NCBI GenBank assembly: GCA_030592225.1
Contig: JAUVJT010000002.1
Location: forward strand, 1 to 32,334
Reading direction: 5' to 3'
Length of the DNA stretch: 32,334 bases
Source: Candidatus Stahliibacteriota bacterium
Lineage (GTDB): Bacteria > Hydrothermota > Tepidihabitantia > B3-TA06
In this document: in pieces, positions 7,004-15,097 of the stretch
Layout of the letters: each line of letters starts with the position of its first letter
Numbering within the stretch: the first letter of the stretch is position 1
Notes under the pieces: generated by a model
Told to the model about the DNA's origin: nothing
The model's input: only the letters and a program-made list of their open reading frames with translations
The model's database searches: none
Position numbers and translations under genes: made by a program

Positions 7004-7336
7004 TCATCACTCCAATTCGCTCAAGAATTTCGGTGGGTTTAACACAATTTTATCTTAAATCCCAGCTCGGTAAACGCTAACAGGGTGTAACGAATCATCA
7101 GCAACGTTCCGCACGTGAGCTGTCGCGTTTGAAGTAGAGCTTTTCGCTCACCACGCTGGATTTTCCCATCAGATCTGATTATAGGAAGATGGGGGAAAAT
7201 GTCAACGAAAATCCGCCGTACCACTAAATAACCGACCTTGACAGATTGAGTGAGCAGAGTATCCTTTTGACAAAAGGTCAGTTTTTCATCATAGAAAGGT
7301 TGTGGAGGAAAACAATTACTTGGAGGTTAATTAATT

Positions 7337-7711
7337 ATGTATGTCTCTCGTAGGAACAGCACTTTAAGTCTTCCTTATACTGTAAAAAATGGGGACGTCG
7401 TAACCCTAAAGGTCAAAATAGGAGAAAACCACTCTGGGTGGACTTCAGTTCACTTAGATGATAATAAGGAGCTTAAGAAAGATCATCTAGGTGATCTGGA
7501 GCTACCTCTTGCTCCAGGAAAAACTCTAATGGACAAGACACTCCATTGTGTGACTTATGTTTTGGGAAACAAAGAAGGGCTTAACCCACCAGAAGTAACT
7601 TACGAGTTAACTGGAGGAATCAAATCGCTTAAACGGACGGTAGTAGCAAATATCCCCAGCAGTGAAGTCAGCCCTATAGAATTTCCGGCTGTATTCGATT
7701 TTGAGTCCTGA
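7337..7711 (+). CDS. Hypothetical protein (AT-rich orphan gene)
   Basis: 124-aa ORF with a GGAGG RBS. Visibly AT-richer than its flanks, and followed by a strong GC hairpin. Confidence 0.6.
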   Translation: MYVSRRNSTLSLPYTVKNGDVVTLKVKIGENHSGWTSVHLDDNKELKKDHLGDLELPLAPGKTLMDKTLHCVTYVLGNKEGLNPPEVTYELTGGIKSLKRTVVANIPSSEVSPIEFPAVFDFES

Positions 7712-7733
7712 TTCTTGTGTATAACTCAGGAAA

Positions 7734-7755
7734 GGGCCGACCTTAAGGTCGGCCC
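7734..7755. terminator. GC-rich hairpin GGGCCGACC-TTAA-GGTCGGCCC in a convergent intergenic region
   Basis: Perfect 9-bp stem with a 4-nt loop, followed by T-rich sequence. Identical to 15021-15042. Confidence 0.6.
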
Positions 7756-7779
7756 CTACTTCTGTTTCTATTTCGGCGA

Positions 7780-7800
7780 AATCTGCGTCATCTGCGGATA
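7780..7800. repeat. Two phased ATCTGCG units (AATCTGCGTC ATCTGCGGATA)
   Basis: 10-nt spacing, 25 nt after the 26-nt shared hairpin block. Confidence 0.55.
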
Positions 7801-7803
7801 AAA

Positions 7804-9141
7804 CTATCCTACCGACAACCTCGTCTTAACCCAGGGCAGCAGGGCTGAGCCAAGGTTCATGCGTTCGACGCTGATGTCGGTGATGTTCTTTAACAATTCC
7901 AGTGCATTGCCCCGAATGGCCCAGGTGCCCGGTTCAGCAGTGGCGACCATCTTTCCGTTGGAGATAACGTAGCTCACGTAGGCGGTGTTGGCAAACGCTC
8001 CGGTAACCTTGTCCGCGGTGTGAAGTCCAAGAAGATACTTGAGCAGCACGCCCTTCTTGACGCCCTTGATCATGTCTTTGAGCTTGTCTTTGCCCGGCTC
8101 CATGACAAGAGCGCGCAGGGTGGGACGCACCGGTGCCTCGTAGGTGTCTTCTGCCAGAACCGGCCTGCGCATCCCGTTGCCGGTGGAGGAGGCTTTATCC
8201 ATAATTGCGGTTTCGGCGTCGTACAGGAAGGTCTTGAATATCCCCTTGCCGAAAAGCACGTTGCAACGCGAGGGGATTCCTTCGTTGTCGGTGGGAGCGG
8301 AAGAGAGGAGATCGGGATGGGTGGCGTCGTCGGCTATGGTGACCCGGGTCGAGGCCAGCTTCTGGCCTACCTCGTAGCGGGAAAGCCCGGCGAGTTTGTT
8401 GGAGGCGTAGATGTGTTCGGCCACCAGGGTGTTGAATATCCCCTGCATACACATGGGGTGAATGATGACGTCAATTTCCCTGCCCTTGAGACCGATATCG
8501 GCCGGTTTTAGCGATTTTGCGGGCAGCCTTTTTGCAACCTTAAGACCCAGGTTTTCAATCTTTGAAACGACGGGCAGTTTGCGCCCCACCAAAAATTCAA
8601 AGTCGCGGCTGTCCAGGTCAAGATGGGCTGAAAACGCGGTGAGGCGGTTATGGGCAGGTTGACTGCTGTGCGCGGTATAGACCCAGCTTTCACTGTGCCC
8701 CACGCTTCCGCTTCCGTTCAGACGCTGGAACTTGCCCTTGCCCTTCTCCCAGGTGCGCTTGACCATGAGAGAGAGCAAGTCGCGCAGGGCTTTGGGTCTG
8801 GCAATCAACTCGACAATTTCCTTATCGGCCACGTCGGACGAAAGTCCCTGGGGAATAACGGCAAAGCCCGCAAGCGCGGTGGGCTGCAGATTGGTAAGCG
8901 CAGCCTCGATTACGTGTTCCAGAGAGGCTTCGTCAAACACGGTGGTGGTGGCGTAGGTAAGCTTGCCTTGCTTCATGAGCCGCAGTCCCATGGTGGCGAT
9001 GCCCACCTGTGAGGAAAGGGTGAGGTCGTGCTGTTCGATGCGAAACGAGGTATTGTCAGCACGGGAAAGGAGTATCTCGAAGTCGTCTATCTTGTGCCTG
9101 GCGGCTATTTTCTCTACCGATTTGCGTACGTCGTCAAACAT
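7804..9141 (-). CDS. pmbA: PmbA/TldE-family protein (TldD partner, no HExxxH)
   Basis: Start moved to ATG 9141 (MFDDVRKSVE...). The longer ORF version runs 225 nt into tldD. Family-typical C-terminal half (GN..RRP......P..L....G......I..V..G), and it is paired with tldD. Confidence 0.85.
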   Translation of the reverse strand: MFDDVRKSVEKIAARHKIDDFEILLSRADNTSFRIEQHDLTLSSQVGIATMGLRLMKQGKLTYATTTVFDEASLEHVIEAALTNLQPTALAGFAVIPQGLSSDVADKEIVELIARPKALRDLLSLMVKRTWEKGKGKFQRLNGSGSVGHSESWVYTAHSSQPAHNRLTAFSAHLDLDSRDFEFLVGRKLPVVSKIENLGLKVAKRLPAKSLKPADIGLKGREIDVIIHPMCMQGIFNTLVAEHIYASNKLAGLSRYEVGQKLASTRVTIADDATHPDLLSSAPTDNEGIPSRCNVLFGKGIFKTFLYDAETAIMDKASSTGNGMRRPVLAEDTYEAPVRPTLRALVMEPGKDKLKDMIKGVKKGVLLKYLLGLHTADKVTGAFANTAYVSYVISNGKMVATAEPGTWAIRGNALELLKNITDISVERMNLGSALLPWVKTRLSVG

Positions 9142-10669
9142 GCGAGCCTCCCTGCACTGCCAGTTGAACGTATTCATTGGTCTCGATGCGGGTCCATTTG
9201 GGGCCGCCGTCGCCCACCGGACGGTGCTGCCCGCCCTTGCCGCAGAAACCCACGTCGTCAATGCGCAGTTCGCCGGCGCAGCCATCCACGTAGCGCAGAA
9301 CGTACTTGCTCTTGCCCGAAAAGTTGGCAGGGTTGACCGTTTTGGTAACCTTGCCGTTCTCAACAAGATAACCGATTTGGATCGAGGAAGACATGCCGTC
9401 CTTGGATACCGCGCCGCCCAGCGTACCTTGCAGGATAACGCCGTAGGAGATGTCGCGGATAAGGGACTTGATGTCTTTGTGAACGATTGATGAATCGGCG
9501 GGAATTAGATAAGTGTTGGACATGCGGCATATCTGGGCGTCGCCCAGCTCGGAAAAAGCACCGCCGTTGGGACGCTTGCCGAAGTAGGCCGCGGTCTCCC
9601 GGTTGTGGATGAAGTCTTTCACCTTGCCGTTTTTGGCTAAGACCTTGACCTTGACCTCCACACCCTCGTCGTCTATCAACTCGGTGCCGTAACCGGTGGA
9701 AAAGTTGGGCTTGCGGGCTTTAACGCTGACCGGCGGGCCGTCAATGATGTCAACGGTTTTCGATGCCACCATACCCAGGGGCTTACCCTTGGCATCGGCC
9801 ACACCGGACTGACCGGCCTTGACCGCGTCGGCCTCGAAGTTGTGACCCAGAGCCTCGTGAATAAATACACCAAGGGTGTTGAAGTCGAGCACGAAATGAT
9901 CCATTCGTGCAATGTCTTCTGGAGAGAGAGACACTGCGTCCAGGAGGTCAACCGCCTTGCCCATCCAGTCCTTGATTTGGGCACTGGTGTGAGCGTTCAG
10001 CTTGTAGCCTTGCCTGGTGGGTTCGAGCAGCGCTTCAAGTCCCTTGATGTCGGCGATTCGTACCCTGGTCTGGGTGCTACGTTTTTTCTTATCATGAAGT
10101 TTTGTATGGACTTGCAGAAACGTGCGGGGAACTGTCTGGCGTTTGTAGATACCCCTGGAGTCGGCAATAATCTTCTCCTCGTTCTGGGCGTAGAACCACA
10201 CCTCGGGGTTAATCTTTACTCCGCGTTTTGCATACTTCTTCTCAAACGAACGGGCTATCTGACGCACGCCCTCAAGCACCGCCGAGATAACCTTGCGGGG
10301 ATCGGCCTTGGCCATGTTGTGCCTGGGTCTGATAGCGTAGAACTTGCATTTGGGATTGGGGATGGGCGCAAGCTTGACTGGAACCTTGGGTTTTTGGGCG
10401 GTGCGCCACAGTCCCTTTGCACGCTGGACAGCCTGGCACAAAACCTCGGGGTCCACGTCCCCCACCTTAAGGGAAACCTTCTTGCCGTCTTTTAAGAACC
10501 GCATCTGCACCCGCGCCTTTACGCTGAGTGGGGTGATGAAGGTCTGGGAGCCGATGGTCTTGGCCTCGGTTTTCTCAATTCTTTCGTATAAGATGTCTGC
10601 GTAGTCAAAGAACTCACGGGCACGACTGAATGCCTTTTTAACTGCGTTATCGAACGTCTGTTTTTTCAT
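9134..10669 (-). CDS. tldD: TldD-family metalloprotease
   Basis: 511 aa. Metal site HEALGHNFEAD (HExxGH). The stop overlaps the pmbA start by 8 nt (ATGTTTGA). Confidence 0.9.
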   Translation of the reverse strand: MKKQTFDNAVKKAFSRAREFFDYADILYERIEKTEAKTIGSQTFITPLSVKARVQMRFLKDGKKVSLKVGDVDPEVLCQAVQRAKGLWRTAQKPKVPVKLAPIPNPKCKFYAIRPRHNMAKADPRKVISAVLEGVRQIARSFEKKYAKRGVKINPEVWFYAQNEEKIIADSRGIYKRQTVPRTFLQVHTKLHDKKKRSTQTRVRIADIKGLEALLEPTRQGYKLNAHTSAQIKDWMGKAVDLLDAVSLSPEDIARMDHFVLDFNTLGVFIHEALGHNFEADAVKAGQSGVADAKGKPLGMVASKTVDIIDGPPVSVKARKPNFSTGYGTELIDDEGVEVKVKVLAKNGKVKDFIHNRETAAYFGKRPNGGAFSELGDAQICRMSNTYLIPADSSIVHKDIKSLIRDISYGVILQGTLGGAVSKDGMSSSIQIGYLVENGKVTKTVNPANFSGKSKYVLRYVDGCAGELRIDDVGFCGKGGQHRPVGDGGPKWTRIETNEYVQLAVQGGSHV

Positions 10670-10675
10670 GCAGGG

Positions 10676-10703
10676 ATAATAGGCGTTAAAACTGACATGT
10701 CAA
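10676..10703 (-). promoter_or_regulatory. Promoter of tldD (TTGACA-16-TATTAT), 6 nt from the ATG, so predicted leaderless
   Basis: Hexamers read on the minus strand. No Shine-Dalgarno between the -10 and ATG 10669. The palindrome TGACATGTCA (10694-10703) overlaps the -35. Confidence 0.55.
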
Positions 10704-10864
10704 GGTAAAGCGCTACGGTGGATAAACGGAGGCCAAGGATTTCCTGCTTTTTTGATATACTCTAGCAGCCACCCTTAACATATCAAACCCCTCTCTGGCA
10801 GAATGTGTCACTATTTGAGACACTATATTATCTGAAACGCAGACGCAAATAGGGCGGCGGGGTA

Positions 10865-12061
10865 TTAGTAGGTGGTCATATCGTAGTAATAGGGCGGATC
10901 GTTGATTGCCGACAGTGCGTTAAGCGCGGAGTTATGCGCGTCCATCATCGTATTCTGCAGCATATTATAGGTCGCCATATCGGTGATGCCCGACGATGAG
11001 GTGCCGGTGCCCGACGGCAAGTAATCAGAGTAGTCGAAATCTTCAGCCGGGGTTTCTACAATCTGGGAGGCGAACCGGCCGCGTTCATACTCGCTTGCCT
11101 GATTCCAGGTATAGGTGAGGTACTTTGAGATAACGTCCATGCCGCACATCAATTGCTTCTCCCCCAGACTCAATTTGGAAAAGCCGGTGGCAATCTCCCG
11201 GCCTATTGAATCTCGCTGGCTGGAAGTCCATAAAAGCTCGGACCCGGTGTTGAGCGCCATTGTGAACGCCACGTAATCAAGAAACGCGTCCAAATCCTTG
11301 TCGGTGAACGCCAGCATGTTGGCCTTGTCGAACGCAACCACCTTGACGTGTACGTACATTACCTGCAAAAACTCGTGCCACTCATCGGCAGGGGTTTTCA
11401 GCGCTTCGTTGTGAAACGCCCCCACCAGCGACGCGCGCAGCATCGCCGCCTCCCAGGGATCGGTAATGGAAGCCAGCTTATCCCGGGTAACGGTAAGGCC
11501 ATCTAAGTCGGCAAACACCGCTTCCGGATCGGCATCAAAATCGCGCAGCCACGCGTTGAGCAGCCTGTCAGCTTCAACCTCGGTGATCTGCTCCCCGACG
11601 GTCAGTTCAAGGATGTCAATGCCTGCCTTGACGTGCTCGGAGCGGAGGACGAAATGGTTCTTCTCGGCAAGCGCGGGAGAGGTCGAGGAGGGGTCTTCAA
11701 TAAAAACGTCGGCGGGCAGGTTCTCGGCAGGCGAACCCTTGCGGATAAAGAGATAGGGCGTACCCATCTGATCTGTAAACTGCATCACGTCGCCCGCGAA
11801 GCTAAAGGTATAGGTGGCTACCTCGACGGTGTAGGCGTCCTGAAAAGTAAGAAGATAACCGTCCATAAAATACATACCTGCACTCGACCCGCCCGGGTAC
11901 TCAGATACGTACTGACCGTCCTCGGCAAGCTCAAGGCTCCAGTCGTAATCACGGCAGCGCCACTGCCCATAAATCATCTGAGCGGATAAACTCGTCAGCA
12001 GCAATAAACTCAAAACAACCAATCTTTTCAAAATTCCTCCATAGTTATCTGCAAAGGGCAT
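10865..12061 (-). CDS. Secreted hypothetical protein
   Basis: ATG at 12061 is preferred over TTG at 12067. Signal-peptide-like LKRLVVLSLLLLTSLSAQ. No recognisable domain. C-terminus is Tyr-rich (PPYYYDMTTY). Confidence 0.65.
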   Translation of the reverse strand: MPFADNYGGILKRLVVLSLLLLTSLSAQMIYGQWRCRDYDWSLELAEDGQYVSEYPGGSSAGMYFMDGYLLTFQDAYTVEVATYTFSFAGDVMQFTDQMGTPYLFIRKGSPAENLPADVFIEDPSSTSPALAEKNHFVLRSEHVKAGIDILELTVGEQITEVEADRLLNAWLRDFDADPEAVFADLDGLTVTRDKLASITDPWEAAMLRASLVGAFHNEALKTPADEWHEFLQVMYVHVKVVAFDKANMLAFTDKDLDAFLDYVAFTMALNTGSELLWTSSQRDSIGREIATGFSKLSLGEKQLMCGMDVISKYLTYTWNQASEYERGRFASQIVETPAEDFDYSDYLPSGTGTSSSGITDMATYNMLQNTMMDAHNSALNALSAINDPPYYYDMTTY

Positions 12062-12139
12062 CCGCAAGACGCCCTTACTATTTCTGCATGCAATCTTTTT
12101 GCTCTACGGATGAACTCAAGGGCAAAAAAGATGCCTCGG

Positions 12140-12709
12140 TTACCATACGTAGCGCATACCTATGCCCACGCCGGGCAAAACAATGGTGTAGGGTTCACCG
12201 TAGTATCCGTCTCCGTAATAAGAATGACCGGGGCGGGAATAGTATCCGAACTGAAGCTCCGGGACAACCGAAATCCAGTTATCCTCGCCTGTCTCGAATA
12301 TAAGCCAGTCGGCTCCAACAATAAACGCAGACGACATCCCCCACTTGTTATCGAATTGCCAGTAGCTCTCCCAGTCATAAACGATGTGGTCCGAACCCTC
12401 AAACTTACCCTGCACGTTCCACAGGCCGACACCTGCGCCCAGGAACATCCTGAACCGACGCCCCGGGTTCATTATCTTGAGGATTTTGAGCGCACCGGAG
12501 AAATTATAGTAGGCCGGGGTGTCGTTCCTTTGCCTGAACGTAAAGCGGCCTATGGCCTCGAAACCCAAACCTTTCTCGGATAACAACCGGTAGGCGATGC
12601 CCTGGCTTAAGAAATCGGCGTGTACACCGACCGCCTGCTCGGCAAATACACTCGAAGCGGCTCCCGCAAGCAGGGAAAGCAGGACCATCCCTTTAAGGTA
12701 TCCGGACAT
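12140..12709 (-). CDS. Small outer-membrane beta-barrel protein
   Basis: Signal peptide. Gly/aromatic-rich alternating strands. C-terminal aromatic signature GIGMRYVW. Confidence 0.7.
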   Translation of the reverse strand: MSGYLKGMVLLSLLAGAASSVFAEQAVGVHADFLSQGIAYRLLSEKGLGFEAIGRFTFRQRNDTPAYYNFSGALKILKIMNPGRRFRMFLGAGVGLWNVQGKFEGSDHIVYDWESYWQFDNKWGMSSAFIVGADWLIFETGEDNWISVVPELQFGYYSRPGHSYYGDGYYGEPYTIVLPGVGIGMRYVW

Positions 12710-12718
12710 GATTGCCTC

Positions 12719-13270
12719 CTACCAGTTGAAGCTGAGCCCGAAACCTATATCCGGGAACCAGTACCTGGTGCGGGTGTCCGCAAAGGTACTTTGATTCAAG
12801 CTATTCTTCTGCACCCGGTAGAAAAACCCGGTGTCCAAGTCCATCTTGAATCGCCCGCTCTCGTAGACGTACTCGGGGTTGCGGGCAAAAATCTGCAAGG
12901 GCGATATGGAGAGTCCGACGAATATCCGTCCGCCAAACGCAAGATTCTTTTCGTCGTTGTAAATCTGGCCGGTGCTTCCCCCGCCGATGCCCACAAACGG
13001 CGAAAGCCAATCATCCTGGACAAATACCAGGCCGGTGCGCAGACCCGCGCTGTAAAGGATATCCCTGTTATTATCGTCCGAGATGAATATCCCGATGCCG
13101 TGCGGAGCCACGAACCAGGCGGTTTGCCCTTTTATGGGAATAAACGCACGGAACTCAAGGCCGCCGGATACGGGATCAATCCTGCCGCCGAACCCGAAGC
13201 TATACCCTGCGGTTGCAATCACGGGGACTAACAAAGTACATACGATGAGCGCGATGATTATTTTCTTCAT
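12719..13270 (-). CDS. Small outer-membrane beta-barrel protein
   Basis: Signal peptide. Beta-strand pattern. C-terminal GFGLSFNW. AAAGGAGG RBS. Confidence 0.7.
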   Translation of the reverse strand: MKKIIIALIVCTLLVPVIATAGYSFGFGGRIDPVSGGLEFRAFIPIKGQTAWFVAPHGIGIFISDDNNRDILYSAGLRTGLVFVQDDWLSPFVGIGGGSTGQIYNDEKNLAFGGRIFVGLSISPLQIFARNPEYVYESGRFKMDLDTGFFYRVQKNSLNQSTFADTRTRYWFPDIGFGLSFNW

Positions 13271-13295
13271 AACTGCACGCCTCCTTTATAAGGAA

Positions 13296-13323
13296 AGCAT
13301 AGGCCTTGCCGACGTTTTGTCAA
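13296..13323 (-). promoter_or_regulatory. Promoter upstream of the second OM barrel gene (TTGACA-16-TATGCT)
   Basis: Hexamers on the minus strand. An AATCTGTGGTC repeat unit directly abuts the -35. Confidence 0.5.
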
Positions 13324-13376
13324 GACCACAGATTAAAGATTACAGCCCTTCATCTTCCCCACGCCTGTGGGACGAA

Positions 13377-14090
13377 TCAAAACCTGAAACCTGTGTACAG
13401 CCCAAACTCCGGGTAGAAACCTACCCCGTTGTCGGTCTTGCCGAACAAAACGTTCCAGTCAAGCCCGGTACCCAGCAGCCAGCTAAACCCCGGGGTATGC
13501 ACCACCGCACCGGCCAGCCCGAAGTTCAGCCGCATGCCCATTTTATGTTCCTTCACGTAATCAATGGCCATCATGTAATCGTTAATCAGTATCTCGATAT
13601 CCTCGAGGGTCAGGGTATTTATGTACTCCTCCACCAGTTCCTGAGTGACCGCCGGGATGAACCAGTTGTTGGTAAACTGAAATCCAAGCGGGAAAAGCAC
13701 CCTGTCGTTGGCCGCTGAAAAGGATTTCTGCAATCCCCACGCCCACTGCACGTGCACGTAAGGGATGTCCTGCGTGGCGTCTATCTTCCCCCAGAGATTA
13801 AACGGCGGAGGCATATCGCTGACTTCAGCGTCCGCAGTGTAGTTTTTATAGTGGACGTTGATATCGGCGGCAAAACCGATGGAGCGCTCGTCCTCAAGGT
13901 TAATGCCGAAGCGGAAGAACCCGGGCGGCGCAATGGCAGGCCGTGTACCAACCACGTGGGTGCCAGCGTTTTCGTTGGTGTAGTCGACGTTTTCCTCGGG
14001 GATACTATACAGCCCGGCACGCCAGCCTATATTGAGGCCAAAGCGCCACGGGGCGGAAATGAGCAGGGCGGTTAAAACAAAAACGTTCAT
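13377..14090 (-). CDS. Outer-membrane beta-barrel protein
   Basis: Signal peptide. Gly/aromatic-rich. C-terminal GLYTGFRF. Confidence 0.65.
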   Translation of the reverse strand: MNVFVLTALLISAPWRFGLNIGWRAGLYSIPEENVDYTNENAGTHVVGTRPAIAPPGFFRFGINLEDERSIGFAADINVHYKNYTADAEVSDMPPPFNLWGKIDATQDIPYVHVQWAWGLQKSFSAANDRVLFPLGFQFTNNWFIPAVTQELVEEYINTLTLEDIEILINDYMMAIDYVKEHKMGMRLNFGLAGAVVHTPGFSWLLGTGLDWNVLFGKTDNGVGFYPEFGLYTGFRF

Positions 14091-14114
14091 ATTCTCTCCC
14101 TTCGATTTTAAGAG

Positions 14115-14142
14115 ATTATAGGCCGAAGGTAAGGAAATGCAA
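14115..14142 (-). promoter_or_regulatory. Promoter of the OM barrel gene at 14090 (TTGCAT-16-TATAAT)
   Basis: Hexamers on the minus strand, 24 nt upstream of the ATG, with GGGAGAG as RBS. Confidence 0.5.
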
Positions 14143-14171
14143 GAGAGATTACCCTACAAGTTTAATAGAAC

Positions 14172-14199
14172 TTGACACGCTACACATGTTTACTATACT
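14172..14199 (+). promoter_or_regulatory. Promoter of the AT-rich orphan gene (TTGACA-16-TATACT)
   Basis: Near-consensus hexamers. A ~45-nt leader contains the TGCGC/GCGCA hairpin next to the AGGAGG. Confidence 0.6.
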
Positions 14200-14251
14200 C
14201 GTAGCATGTAAACTTTTGAAACCTGCGCTTGTAAGGCGCAAGGAGGCATAA

Positions 14252-15013
14252 ATGTCTTACACTCCAGAACTAGTCTTGATGGCTTTGGATTCAGAGAATC
14301 AAAATCGTAATAAAACTCTTATCGCAATTGGTGAAAGTTCAGAATTGCAGAATTGTATCCAATTGATTGAAAAAGCAGTAGAACTCCTCGTTAAGATTTT
14401 CTACCGAGACCACCAAAGCAAAGATGAAGAAACATTGAAGATTGTTGGTTTTCGCTTAAGTAATAGTTTAACCGCTTCGATCAATCTTATTTTAACTGGT
14501 TGGTGGTATGTTTCGGTTATGCTTTTCAGAGACATCCTCGAGACAATCTTTCTTCTTTATTATTTCGAAGAAGATCGTGCGAGAATTGATGAGTGGCGAA
14601 ATGCTTCAAGAAAAGAACGTTTGGATAAATTTGGACCTCCAGTACTCCGCAAATCTTTGAATGACCGTATACGGCAATCCACAGGTGAGAACGAGCATCT
14701 TAAAGGAATAGATAAACGTTATCAATTCTACTGTGAGCTAGGTGTTCATCCTACTTGCAAAGGTATCTATTCTACCTCTAATAACGAAGGTACACTCACG
14801 GGTTGGTGTTTTTTTAATGAGGACTATCTGCCTAAATATCTCATGGAGCTTGTGAATCTATCCGGCTTTGCATTAGATTCTTTCGTTCAAGCTTGCGGAG
14901 AGAAAAACCTATCTTTGGAAATAAAGGATGAAGTCGACACTCGACTTGAAGAGGGGTTGAAATGGTCAAAGAAACACCCTGAAGGTACTTGGTCTGAGAT
15001 AAACCTAGATTAA
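14252..15013 (+). CDS. Hypothetical helical protein (AT-rich orphan gene; possibly DUF5677-like)
   Basis: 253-aa ORF with AAGGAGG RBS, its own consensus promoter and a downstream hairpin. The segments LFRDILETIFLLYYF....W and YQFYCELGVHP recall DUF5677-type proteins. That resemblance is from memory only. Confidence 0.65.
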   Translation: MSYTPELVLMALDSENQNRNKTLIAIGESSELQNCIQLIEKAVELLVKIFYRDHQSKDEETLKIVGFRLSNSLTASINLILTGWWYVSVMLFRDILETIFLLYYFEEDRARIDEWRNASRKERLDKFGPPVLRKSLNDRIRQSTGENEHLKGIDKRYQFYCELGVHPTCKGIYSTSNNEGTLTGWCFFNEDYLPKYLMELVNLSGFALDSFVQACGEKNLSLEIKDEVDTRLEEGLKWSKKHPEGTWSEINLD

Positions 15014-15020
15014 ATCAAGT

Positions 15021-15042
15021 GGGCCGACCTTAAGGTCGGCCC
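15021..15042. terminator. GC-rich hairpin GGGCCGACC-TTAA-GGTCGGCCC in a convergent intergenic region
   Basis: Perfect 9-bp stem with a 4-nt loop, followed by CTACGTTTTT. Identical to 7734-7755. Confidence 0.65.
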
Positions 15043-15061
15043 CTACGTTTTTAATCAGTGC

Positions 15062-15086
15062 AATCTGTGGTTAGTTTACCATTCTC
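15062..15086. repeat. Solo right-end module AATCTGTGGTTAGTTTACCATTCTC
   Basis: Matches the right ends of the elements at 6081-6105 and 6535-6559. Lies 20 nt after the shared hairpin. Confidence 0.55.
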
Positions 15087-15097
15087 CCGTCGTCAGG

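Noticed and set aside
7734-7759. Integron attC-type cassette boundary as an explanation for the shared 26-nt hairpin behind AT-rich genes
   Set aside because: There is no integrase or attI, the genes are dispersed rather than arrayed, each has its own promoter, and the hairpin is a short perfect stem rather than an imperfect attC structure. A terminator or REP-like element is the simpler reading.
9142-9366. N-terminal extensions of ORF-track models: pmbA to 9366, NuoF-like to 19037, GltD fusion to 17224, dsrF to 5528, M23-3 from 24616, lspA-1 from 25636
   Set aside because: The extensions overlap upstream genes or promoters, are Arg/Ala/Trp-rich and lack RBS. Internal ATGs give tidy junctions and N-termini that align with paralogues.
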